Assembly: GCA_030693575.1 (NCBI GenBank)
Contig: JAUYAG010000190.1
Location: forward strand, 21,538 to 85,537
DNA: 64,000 bases
Direction: 5' to 3'
From: Brevundimonas sp.
GTDB taxonomy: Bacteria > Pseudomonadota > Alphaproteobacteria > Caulobacterales > Caulobacteraceae
The notes under the pieces were generated by a model, which had not been told where the DNA came from, did no database searches, and saw only the letters and a program-made list of their open reading frames with translations. Shown here one piece after another: positions 32,601 to 41,200 of this stretch. Positions within the stretch are counted from its first letter, which is position 1. Each line of letters starts with the position of its first letter. Both the position numbers and the translations under genes were made by a program.

Positions 32601-33521
32601 TCATGGAAGGGGATTCGGAGGGCCGTTGCCGCAGCCGCCGCCGCCCTGACTGGGGCCGCCGGGGCTCTGGATCGGGCCGCCCGCCTCGCAGCCAACAGAC
32701 GGCTCGATCGGATCAAGGCCGGGCCCGCGATCGCTGAAGAAGAGGTCGCCCGCGTCAAGGCTCGCGGACAGGACATCGCCCGCGCCGGAATCGCTGTTCG
32801 ACGTCGGCGCGGCCCTGAGCAGGGCGCTCAGCCGGGACGAGGCCTCGTCCGACAGTTCGAACGGCCCGAAGGTTCCGCCCGCCCAGGCGAACATCGCCAG
32901 GCCCGGGCGTTCGAGGGTGAACATCGTATCCCCGCTGGTGACGTCGATCGCGCCGGGCGTATCGAAGCCCGCGCCCCGCGGACCGGGTCCGCGCAGAACG
33001 ATCAGGGTGGCGTCGTCGGGTGAACCGCTGAAGGCCGGCAGGCCGGGATGGCCGGCCAGCACGGACAGGGCGTCAGGGCCGACGACCGCCTCGACCACCG
33101 TGCCACGCACGCCGATAGACGAGACAGGTGTCCGCACGGCGCCGGGCCGGGCTCCGCCGCGGCCGGACACGAAGCGGAACGCGCCGCGCGCGACCGAGGC
33201 TGACGCCCCGCCCGCCCGCCGGTCGGTATCGATCACGAAGCGGTCAATGGTCACCCGCGCGTTCGAGCCGACCGTGAAGATCGACTGGTCCCGCAGCAGG
33301 ATCTGCAACTGGCTCTGCGCGCCGCTGACGAAGACGTCGCCCGTGCGGACCTGCCCTCTCAGGGCTGCGGGCCGCAGCGCGCTTTCGCCGACGGGCTGGG
33401 TGCGGACGCTGTTGCGGATGGCGGCGTTGACGCCGACGGCCTCCTGGGCCTGGACGAACACAGGCGCAGACAGTGCGCAGGCCAGGGCGGCGACGGCGGC
33501 AAAGGTGCGAACCGGGATCAT
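32601..33521 (-). CDS. Secreted FecR-domain protein
   Basis: I chose the start MIPVRTFAAVAALACALSAPVFVQAQEA (GGAGAG 6 nt upstream). The FecR-like segment is GDVFVSGAQSQLQILLRDQSIFTVGSNARVTIDRFV. The stop lies only 20 nt before the gdhA ATG. Confidence 0.7.
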   Translation of the reverse strand: MIPVRTFAAVAALACALSAPVFVQAQEAVGVNAAIRNSVRTQPVGESALRPAALRGQVRTGDVFVSGAQSQLQILLRDQSIFTVGSNARVTIDRFVIDTDRRAGGASASVARGAFRFVSGRGGARPGAVRTPVSSIGVRGTVVEAVVGPDALSVLAGHPGLPAFSGSPDDATLIVLRGPGPRGAGFDTPGAIDVTSGDTMFTLERPGLAMFAWAGGTFGPFELSDEASSRLSALLRAAPTSNSDSGAGDVLSASLDAGDLFFSDRGPGLDPIEPSVGCEAGGPIQSPGGPSQGGGGCGNGPPNPLP

Positions 33522-33532
33522 GGTCATCTCTC

Positions 33533-34870
33533 CTAGTTGGCCGCGCCGAAGCGCCACGTCAGGCGCAGTTCAGCGCCCCAGCTGTCATAGTCCGCGAGCG
33601 GCGCGAGGGAGTCCCGCGCGCCATAGGTCAGCGCGCCCTCGACGCCCACATCCTGCCGCCAGTCACCCGTCGCTCCGGCCGCGGTGAAGGCGCTGAACGG
33701 GGCGCCGACCGCGACGCGCGCCCAGCTGCGGGTGTCTTCTCGGGCCGGCGCGGCGAAACCGATGAAGACCGGGTCGGGCGCATCATATTCCAGCCACTGC
33801 ATGCCGCCGGAAATCGCCAGATACTGGCCGCGGCGGCTGCTGGTGTCGTACCGCGCCTGAACGCCGGGACCCGAATAGCCGAAGGGTTCGTAGTCGGCCT
33901 GCTTGTCCTGCCAGCCAGCGGAGACGCCGAAGCTGGTGCGGGCGTCCAGGCGGTGGGTCATGCCGACGTTGAAATCATAGCGCCAGCCATCGCGGTCTCC
34001 ACCGATCAACAGGGCGAGGGCGTCGACGCCCGGCTCATCGAACGACTGGTTCACCGCCTCGCCCGAGATGGAGAGGGTCGTCGCGTTGCTGGTCCGCCAC
34101 CGGGCCTGGGCCTTCAGGCCGACTTCCCGCATGTAGGGATCATCAAGGAGGTCCAGCGCGCGCGCCACGGCGCTGACATTCCAGGAGTTCAGCCGGCCCG
34201 TATAGGACAGTCCGGCTTCCAGGTCCCCACGCCGCACATTCCCGTCGATGTCGTCAAAGGTCGAACGGTCGTAGCCGCCGATCGAGCCGAAGGCCGCATA
34301 GCCGGCGGCACCGTCGAGGTCGTGGGCGATGTTGAGGCGCGCGGCGAACACGGCCGCCCCACCCTCTTCGCTGACCGGCGGGCTGAAGATCGAGTCGAAC
34401 TGGGTCGTCAGCGCGCCCGCGGCGTCGTCCTCGTAGGTGACGGCGGCCGAAGCCGTGCCGCTGAACCGGGTCGTCGACCGGCTGCGCGCGATCCGTGCGC
34501 GATAGCGGGTCGCCTCCGCCCGCTGCAGGGGCGTCAGGGTCACCGGCTCCAGCAGGTCCAGCTGGTCCCGTGCGCCCTGCAGGTCATCGAGGCGGAAAAG
34601 GACGACGGCGTACAGCAATCGAGCCCCATGGCGGTTCGGGTCCGCGATCAGCACACGCTCCAGGGCGCCGGCCGCCCCGTTGAGGTCGCCGGCATCCGCC
34701 GCCTGGCGGGCGTAGGCCAGATTGAGATCGACATCGTCCGGCGCGGCCAGCACGGCGTCGAAGTCCTGGGCCGCCGCGACCCCGACCGTCGCCGCTGACA
34801 ATCCCACCACGGCCGAAACCAGCAACCCGGCCCGGAAGGCCGCCGCTGAACGAGACGCTGGACGCTTCAT
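33533..34870 (-). CDS. Outer-membrane protein: N-terminal TPR-like region + C-terminal beta-barrel (Slam/DUF560- or NsrA-like)
   Basis: Signal peptide ending VAAAQD and TPR-like helices (NLAYARQAADAGDLNGAAGALERVLIADPNRHGARLLYAVVLF). An alternating-strand C-terminal half ends in LTWRFGAAN. Confidence 0.6.
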   Translation of the reverse strand: MKRPASRSAAAFRAGLLVSAVVGLSAATVGVAAAQDFDAVLAAPDDVDLNLAYARQAADAGDLNGAAGALERVLIADPNRHGARLLYAVVLFRLDDLQGARDQLDLLEPVTLTPLQRAEATRYRARIARSRSTTRFSGTASAAVTYEDDAAGALTTQFDSIFSPPVSEEGGAAVFAARLNIAHDLDGAAGYAAFGSIGGYDRSTFDDIDGNVRRGDLEAGLSYTGRLNSWNVSAVARALDLLDDPYMREVGLKAQARWRTSNATTLSISGEAVNQSFDEPGVDALALLIGGDRDGWRYDFNVGMTHRLDARTSFGVSAGWQDKQADYEPFGYSGPGVQARYDTSSRRGQYLAISGGMQWLEYDAPDPVFIGFAAPAREDTRSWARVAVGAPFSAFTAAGATGDWRQDVGVEGALTYGARDSLAPLADYDSWGAELRLTWRFGAAN

Positions 34871-34898
34871 GTATTCCCCCAACCGCTTGCAGATTGCC

Positions 34899-34915
34899 CG
34901 GGATAGTCTATCCCG
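34899..34915. promoter_or_regulatory. Perfect 17-bp palindrome CGGGATA-GTC-TATCCCG in the OMP / cyclase divergent promoter region
   Basis: Read directly. It lies 29 nt from the OMP ATG (34870) and 85 nt from the cyclase ATG (35000). Confidence 0.45.
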
Positions 34916-34999
34916 AACTGCGGAGCGATCAGGCTAACATCGTTCCGCGAGAAGCGCATGAACTAATCTGATAGTGCTTTTTCCGAGTGGGGCGGACGC

Positions 35000-37285
35000 A
35001 TGGGGGCGGAGCCTGAGACCGAGCGATTGAAGGAGATCGGGTCGCGCCTCGCGCGCTCCAGCCTTTCGCTTACGCGATACATCGCAACGGCCGGCCCTGG
35101 TCTGGTGGTGGGCTTGCTGCTGCTGATACTGCATATATTCCAGCCGCCGTTCGTCGGCAGCATCAGCAATCTGGTCTTCGACACCTATCAGCGCGCCTGG
35201 CCGCGTCCGTACGAGGACGCCGGGGTCCGGGTCGTCGACATCGATGACGAGAGCATCCGCCGTCTCGGCCAGTGGCCATGGCCGCGCACGGATGTCGTCC
35301 GCCTGACAGACGCTCTCACCGAGGCCGGCGCAGCGGCCATCGCCTTCGACATTGTCTTCTCCGAGCCGGACCGGACGTCGCCCGCTCGCGCCGTCGAAAT
35401 CCTGCGGCAGAACCCCGAGGCGCGCGGCGACTATGCCGAGATCGCCGCCATGACTGACCATGATGAACTGCTGGGCCAGGCCATGGGACGGGGCCCAACG
35501 GTCACCGGCTATTTCCTCACGGAGGAAGCCAACACCGCCCGGCCGGCCGAGCACGCGGGGGTCGCCGTTTCGGGGACGCCGCCGCTGGGCGTCCTGCGGG
35601 AATACAACGGTGCCATCGTCAGCCTGCCGGTGATCGGTGATCGCGCGGCGGGAGCCGGGTCTGTCAGCCTGGACGCGGGCCGGGACGACATGATCCGGGC
35701 GGTGCCGCTCATCGCCAATCTGGACGGCCAGATCATTCCCTCGTTGTCACTCGAGGCGCTCAGGGTCGCCCAGGACGCCGGCGCCGTTCTGGTCCGCAGC
35801 AGCGACGGCAGCGGCGAATGGGGTGGCGGTCCGGTCACCACCGTGCTTGCCGTCAAGACCGGCGACCTGGAGGTCCCGACCACCGACGTCGGCGAACTGT
35901 GGATGCACTACACCGCGCCCCATCCGGAGCGGATCGTGCCCGCCTGGCGGATCCTCCAGGGGGACCTGCCGGAGGCCGAGATGCGACGGCTGTTCGAGGG
36001 GCAGATCGTCTTCATCGGCACGGGTGCGATCGGCCTGCGGGACATCCGCTCAACCCCTACCCAGCAAGGCGAGCTCGGCGTCGTGATCCACGCCCAGGCG
36101 GCCGAGCAGATGATCCTCGGCAAGTTCCTCACGCGGCCCGACTGGGCTCCGGGCGCAGAGCGGATGCTCATGGTGGCGCTCTGTCTGCTGATCGCCCTCT
36201 CGGCTCCCGCGCTCGGCGCCCTGCGCGGCGGGGTGCTGGCCACGGCCGCACTGGGCGGCGTGCTGGCCGGATCGTGGCTGGCCTTCAGAAACAGCGGCGT
36301 GCTGCTGGAACCCATCTTCCCGGCGCTGGGCGTGGTCTCCGTCTACATCGCCATCACCGCCGTCTCCTTCTACCGGGAGGAGCGGGCGCGGAGTCACATC
36401 CACAACGCCTTCGACCGCTATCTGTCGCCGGAGCTCGTCGACCGGATCGCCCGCGATCCCGGCCAGCTGGAGCTCGGCGGCGAAGTGCGTCAGATGACGG
36501 TGCTGTTCAGCGACGTCCGGGGCTTCTCCCGCATCTCTGAACGCTTCGGGCCGCAGGAACTGATCGGTTTCCTCATCAACCTGCTGACGCCGATGACCGA
36601 CGTGCTCCTGGCCCGCAAGGCGACCATCGACAAATACATCGGCGACGCCGTTCTGGCCTTCTGGAACGCGCCACTCGACGACCCCGAGCACGAACGGAAC
36701 GCGGCCTTTGCGGCGCTGGAAATGCTCGAGACGCTCAAACGCCTGAACGCCGACAGCGCCCGCGATCCGGCTTGGCCCGGTCAGGTCGCGATCGGCATCG
36801 GCCTGAACACCGGCCCTTGCTGCGTCGGCAACATGGGTTCGCGCCAGCGCCTCAGCTATTCGCTGATCGGCGACACCGTTAACCTCGCCTCGCGTCTGGA
36901 GAGCCTGACCAAGGCCTATGCGGTGAACATCCTCGTCGGCGAGGACCTCGCCGCCCGCCTGCCCGACTTCGCCCTGATCGAACTGGACCTCATCCGCGTC
37001 GTCGGCCGCGACGCGCCCGAGCGCGTCTTCGCCCTGATGGGCCCGCCGGAACTGTCGTCAGACCCCGCCTTCGTTGAAACCGGGACCCGGATGGCCACCG
37101 TCCTCGAGGCGTACCGGTCCCGCGACTGGGCCGGTGCCGAGGCTGCACTGGAGAACCTGCGGGGTGCGGGTACGCTGCCGGGCCTTGAGGGCGTGGCAGC
37201 CATCTACGCCACGCGGGTTGCGGATTTCCGCGAGACCCCGCCGCCCGCCGACTGGGACGGAATCAGCCAGGCGCTGGAGAAATAG
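35000..37285 (+). CDS. CHASE2 sensor domain - class III adenylate/guanylate cyclase
   Basis: N-terminal TM, then a CHASE2-like periplasmic domain (VVDIDDESIRRLGQWPWPR, AFDIVFSEPD). Three or four TM helices follow, then the cyclase catalytic domain (MTVLFSDVRGFSRISE, KYIGDAVLAFWNAP, GLNTGPCCVGNMGS, IGDTVNLASRLES). Confidence 0.85.
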   Translation: MGAEPETERLKEIGSRLARSSLSLTRYIATAGPGLVVGLLLLILHIFQPPFVGSISNLVFDTYQRAWPRPYEDAGVRVVDIDDESIRRLGQWPWPRTDVVRLTDALTEAGAAAIAFDIVFSEPDRTSPARAVEILRQNPEARGDYAEIAAMTDHDELLGQAMGRGPTVTGYFLTEEANTARPAEHAGVAVSGTPPLGVLREYNGAIVSLPVIGDRAAGAGSVSLDAGRDDMIRAVPLIANLDGQIIPSLSLEALRVAQDAGAVLVRSSDGSGEWGGGPVTTVLAVKTGDLEVPTTDVGELWMHYTAPHPERIVPAWRILQGDLPEAEMRRLFEGQIVFIGTGAIGLRDIRSTPTQQGELGVVIHAQAAEQMILGKFLTRPDWAPGAERMLMVALCLLIALSAPALGALRGGVLATAALGGVLAGSWLAFRNSGVLLEPIFPALGVVSVYIAITAVSFYREERARSHIHNAFDRYLSPELVDRIARDPGQLELGGEVRQMTVLFSDVRGFSRISERFGPQELIGFLINLLTPMTDVLLARKATIDKYIGDAVLAFWNAPLDDPEHERNAAFAALEMLETLKRLNADSARDPAWPGQVAIGIGLNTGPCCVGNMGSRQRLSYSLIGDTVNLASRLESLTKAYAVNILVGEDLAARLPDFALIELDLIRVVGRDAPERVFALMGPPELSSDPAFVETGTRMATVLEAYRSRDWAGAEAALENLRGAGTLPGLEGVAAIYATRVADFRETPPPADWDGISQALEK

Positions 37286-37318
37286 GAACGACATGGCTTT
37301 GAACGGGGGGACGGCGTC

Positions 37319-38188
37319 ATGTTGATCGTTCAGATCACCGACATCCATATCGGCTTCGATCAGAAGAGCCGGTTCGAGATGAACAAGAAGCGTTTCCGCC
37401 AGACGGTCCAGGCGGTGACGAAGCTTGACCCGAAGCCCGATCTGATCGTGATCACCGGCGACATCGCCGACAAGGGCGACGTAGCGTCATACGAGTGGTT
37501 TCGTCAGGAAATCCAGCAGCTTTCCCTGCCCATCCTGATGTGTATGGGCAACCATGATTCACGGGCCAGCTTCAGTCAGGTCTTCCCTGATACGGCCCAG
37601 GAGGACGGCTTCATCCAGTATGTCGTCGACGACCATCCCCTGCGGATCGTGGTGGTGGACACGCTGGAGGAAGGCCGCCATGGCGGCGGCTTCTGCGAGA
37701 AGCGCGCGGCCTGGCTGGAGGCCCGCCTGGCCGAGGCGCCGCACCGGCCGACCCTGCTGGTCCTGCATCACCCGCCCATCGACACCGGCATCGAGTGGAT
37801 GACCATCGGCCCGGCCGAACCCTGGGTGCAGAGGTTCACCGACGTGGTCTCGCGCCACGGTCAGGTCGTCGGTGCCCTGTGCGGCCACGTCCACCGCACC
37901 ATCGTCACCTCATGGGCCGGCACGACCCTGACGGTCTGTCCTTCCACCGCCCCGCAGGTGGTGCTGGACCTCAAGCCGATGAACCTGGACCGTCCGGACA
38001 AGCGGCCGATGATCGCCGAGGCGCCGCCGTCGTTCGGCATTCACCGCTGGAACGGCCGCAAGCTGGTCAGCCATTTCACGGCGGTCCAGCGCTACAAGAT
38101 CCTCGCCCGCTATACGCACAAGATGCAGGCCTTCATGAAGCATCTGGCGCAGGAACGTGCCGGGACGGCCGGCCCACACCACCACTAG
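37319..38188 (+). CDS. Class III (CpdA/SpdA/GpdQ-like) metallophosphoesterase, probable cyclic-nucleotide phosphodiesterase
   Basis: Calcineurin-like motifs in order: ITDIHIG, TGDIADKG, GNHD, VLHHPP, GHVH. Confidence 0.75.
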   Translation: MLIVQITDIHIGFDQKSRFEMNKKRFRQTVQAVTKLDPKPDLIVITGDIADKGDVASYEWFRQEIQQLSLPILMCMGNHDSRASFSQVFPDTAQEDGFIQYVVDDHPLRIVVVDTLEEGRHGGGFCEKRAAWLEARLAEAPHRPTLLVLHHPPIDTGIEWMTIGPAEPWVQRFTDVVSRHGQVVGALCGHVHRTIVTSWAGTTLTVCPSTAPQVVLDLKPMNLDRPDKRPMIAEAPPSFGIHRWNGRKLVSHFTAVQRYKILARYTHKMQAFMKHLAQERAGTAGPHHH

Positions 38189-38201
38189 AGCTCGAATATG
38201 G

Positions 38202-41200
38202 CTACTGTCCGCCGGCGGCCGCCAGCCAGCCGTCCAGCGCCGGCCGGTCGCTGACCCGGTACAGCTCGCCCCGATAGTCGAGGAACAGTCGCTCCATCTC
38301 GGTCCTGTTGAACGGCCGCGAGCCGAGGCGGCCGAAGATGGCGATCTGGTGCCCGGTCTCGTCCACGCCGCGGTCGCGGTCCAGCCCTTTGGACAGGGCC
38401 AGGGCCGGCGACGGCGTCCGCGCCCAGGCGATCAGTTCGGGCCGCGGCTCCGGCGAGAAACCGTAGAAATTGCGCTGGCTGTCGGGACTGGTCAGTTGCA
38501 GCACCTTCAGTCCGTTCCGGCCGTCGGCGACATAGGCGAACAGGCTGGCGTTGGTGGAGGCCACGACCACATCCTCGGCGTCGTTCAATTGGCCGTCGAA
38601 GGTCACCCGCTGGTGCAGGCGGGGCTGGCGCGGGTTGGTCACATTGATGATCACCAGCCCCTCGCCCTTTGCGGCGACATAGGCATAGGTCCGCGCGACA
38701 TAGAGTCGGCGGGCATCGCCCAGCGGAACGACGGCACCCTCGACGGCGCGCGGCTCATCCAGCTTTGTCACATCCAGAACCCGCATCCCCTGCGCGTCCG
38801 TGACGAACAGATAGCGGAACTGCAGCGCCGTAGCCCGGACGTCGTCCAGCCGCACCGTGGTGACATGGCGCGGCCGCAGCGGATCATCGAGGTCGACCAC
38901 CACCAGACCGGCGCGGGCGGCGATATAGGCGATGTGGCCCGCCAGGGTGATGTGCCGCGCGCCGTCCAGCACACCGCCGGGGTTCCAGGTCGCGGCGCGG
39001 CGCAGGTTGTTGTTGCGCGGATCGCCGTCGGCGAGGGTGTCGACATTGACCAGGATCAGCCCCTCGCGCGCGTCGGTGACCACGGCATAGCTGTAGATCG
39101 GGTGGAAGGCCTGTTCCTGGTTGGCGGTCCGCATCTCGGCCGTGTTGCGCGTCGGCGCGATGGGCTGGTTGGTCGGCAGGGCCATGCAGGTGGCGTTGCC
39201 GGAGGCCACATGGGTGTCATTGCCCAGCGGCGAGAAGGGTGCCGTCAGGATGCGGTCCGAGACGCCCTTGTTGCCGATCGATGCCACGTCATAGACCCGG
39301 AATCCGCCCCGGCCCTCGGCCACGAACATATATTCCCCGCGCAGCTGCAGGCAGCGCGCCTCACCGCCGGTGCGCTGGAGCGTATTGGCGATTTCCTCGA
39401 CGGATCGCGTATCCCCGCTGCCGCCGGCCTCAAGGTCGAAGGCCTCGCCCCGCGTCCAGTTGATCAGCTCGCGCCCGTTGCGCTCGACGTGCTGGGCGAA
39501 GAAGTCGGGATAGGCATAGCGCTGCAGATAGGAGCCGAACACCGCCTGCGGCTCGTCCCACTCGGTCACCCGCACCGCCTCGATGCCGGACGCCAGCCCG
39601 ACCCAGGCATGCATGCCGACGAAATTGACCGTGTTCGTCCCCAGCATCAGCAACTGGGCCATGATGGCGTTGTTGTCCTCGGCTTCGGAGACGTGACAGT
39701 CGGTGCAGGTCTTGGTCTCGGTGCGCCGGACCGTGTGCGGGAAATGCGGGGCGAAGGCCTGGCTGGAGAAGCCGACCGCCGAGATCGGCGGCTGCTGCAC
39801 ATAGATCCGCTCGCGGTTGATGTTGGTCGAGGACAGGACCAGGGCCGAGGACGAGCGGGCCGGGGCGATCACCCCGCCGCTCGCGGTTCCGTGACGGCCG
39901 AGCTGGAACATGTCGTCGCGCGCCACCTGCGGATTGTAGGTCGCGTAGTTGCGGGTCGTTCCGCCCTCGGCCCGGTGGCTCGTGGCCTGCCAGTTGGCCT
40001 CGACCGGCAGGTGGCAGCCGCCGCAGGATGGCGTCCATGAGGTGTGACAGCTGTAGCAGGCCATCTCCTCGTCATCGTGGGCCAGGTCGGTGGTCGCCAC
40101 GCCGGGCCCCCACGAGAAGCTGGCCTGACCGGGCCGCGACACCGACATCAGCTTGGCCCGCGCTGCCGCCGGATTGAACTCTGGACTGTCCCGATCGACG
40201 GCGTCGCGCACCAGATCGACCTCCCACTCCAGCGTCGGATCGACGATGGAGCGCTGGATCAGCACCCGGCGATTGTCGCGTTCGATCCATTCAAAGCGCC
40301 GCTGGCCGTCGGAATTCCTCAGCAGCGTCAGGTCCGTGCCCTCGGGCGGTGCCGCCGGGCCTGAAGTGCGCAGCGTCGGCAGGGCGCGCGATGTGCCGTG
40401 GCAGTCCTTGCAGCCGATCTCAACGGCCGCCGCCACCTCGCCCATGATCAGGCCCGAGCCGTGACTGTCCTGCGAGAAATGGCAGTCGGCGCACTGCAGG
40501 CCCTTCTCGGCGTGGATGTCCATCATGTGGACGGTGCGGCCCGGATTGGTCCCCGGCGGGACGAACTGGCCCTCCCCTTCCCGGCGCCAGCGCTCGGGAT
40601 CGTCGGGCGAGACGATGCCGCCCTCGGCGTCCAGCAGATTGCCCTCGCGGTCGCGCTTGAACACCCCGCGGAAATTCCAGCCGTGGCCGTGATAGTCGGC
40701 GAACTGGGTGTCGCGCAGGGTCGGATTCAGGTCGTTGACGGCGCGCAGGAAGTCCAGATCAGCCCAGTTGCCGCGCGGCGCGGCACCCTCGGGATTGCGG
40801 TCCAGAACGGCGCGGATTTCCTCGGCGGTCGGGTAGCGCTGCCGCTCCGGCCACATGGTCGGCGCGTCGGACTCATAGTCCCACATCGTGTATCCGAGGT
40901 AGCTGTTCAGGAACATGTTCGGCTGGTGCATGTGGCAGTTCATGCACTGGGACGTGGGGATGGCGCGGGTGAAGGCGTGGCGGATCGGATGGCCCGATTC
41001 CTCGCGGTTGATGGTCGGGTCCACGGTCGCCGTCTGGCCATCCCGCCCGAACTGCGAATAGCCCAGGCTGTGCCGCGGCTCGCGGTCGTTGGCGTAGACC
41101 ACGTGGCATGAGGTGCAGCCCGAGGAGCGGTAGTCGCCGGGCTGGTCATTGGTGCCCATGAACCAGGTGTAGGGGTCGTTCAGGCGGGTCTTGTGGATGT

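Noticed and set aside
38189-38201. Terminator between the convergent PDE and decahaem-LVIVD genes
   Set aside because: Only 13 bp separate the two stop codons, and I found no stem-loop. Termination must occur inside the opposing genes or be factor-dependent.
38157-40040. 627-aa plus-strand ORF, with similar long plus-strand ORFs at 42376-44034 and 44706-46007
   Set aside because: They are antisense to the multihaem/LVIVD, barrel and lipoprotein genes. Their composition is R/G/A/P/D-rich, with no motifs, no RBS and no signal sequences.
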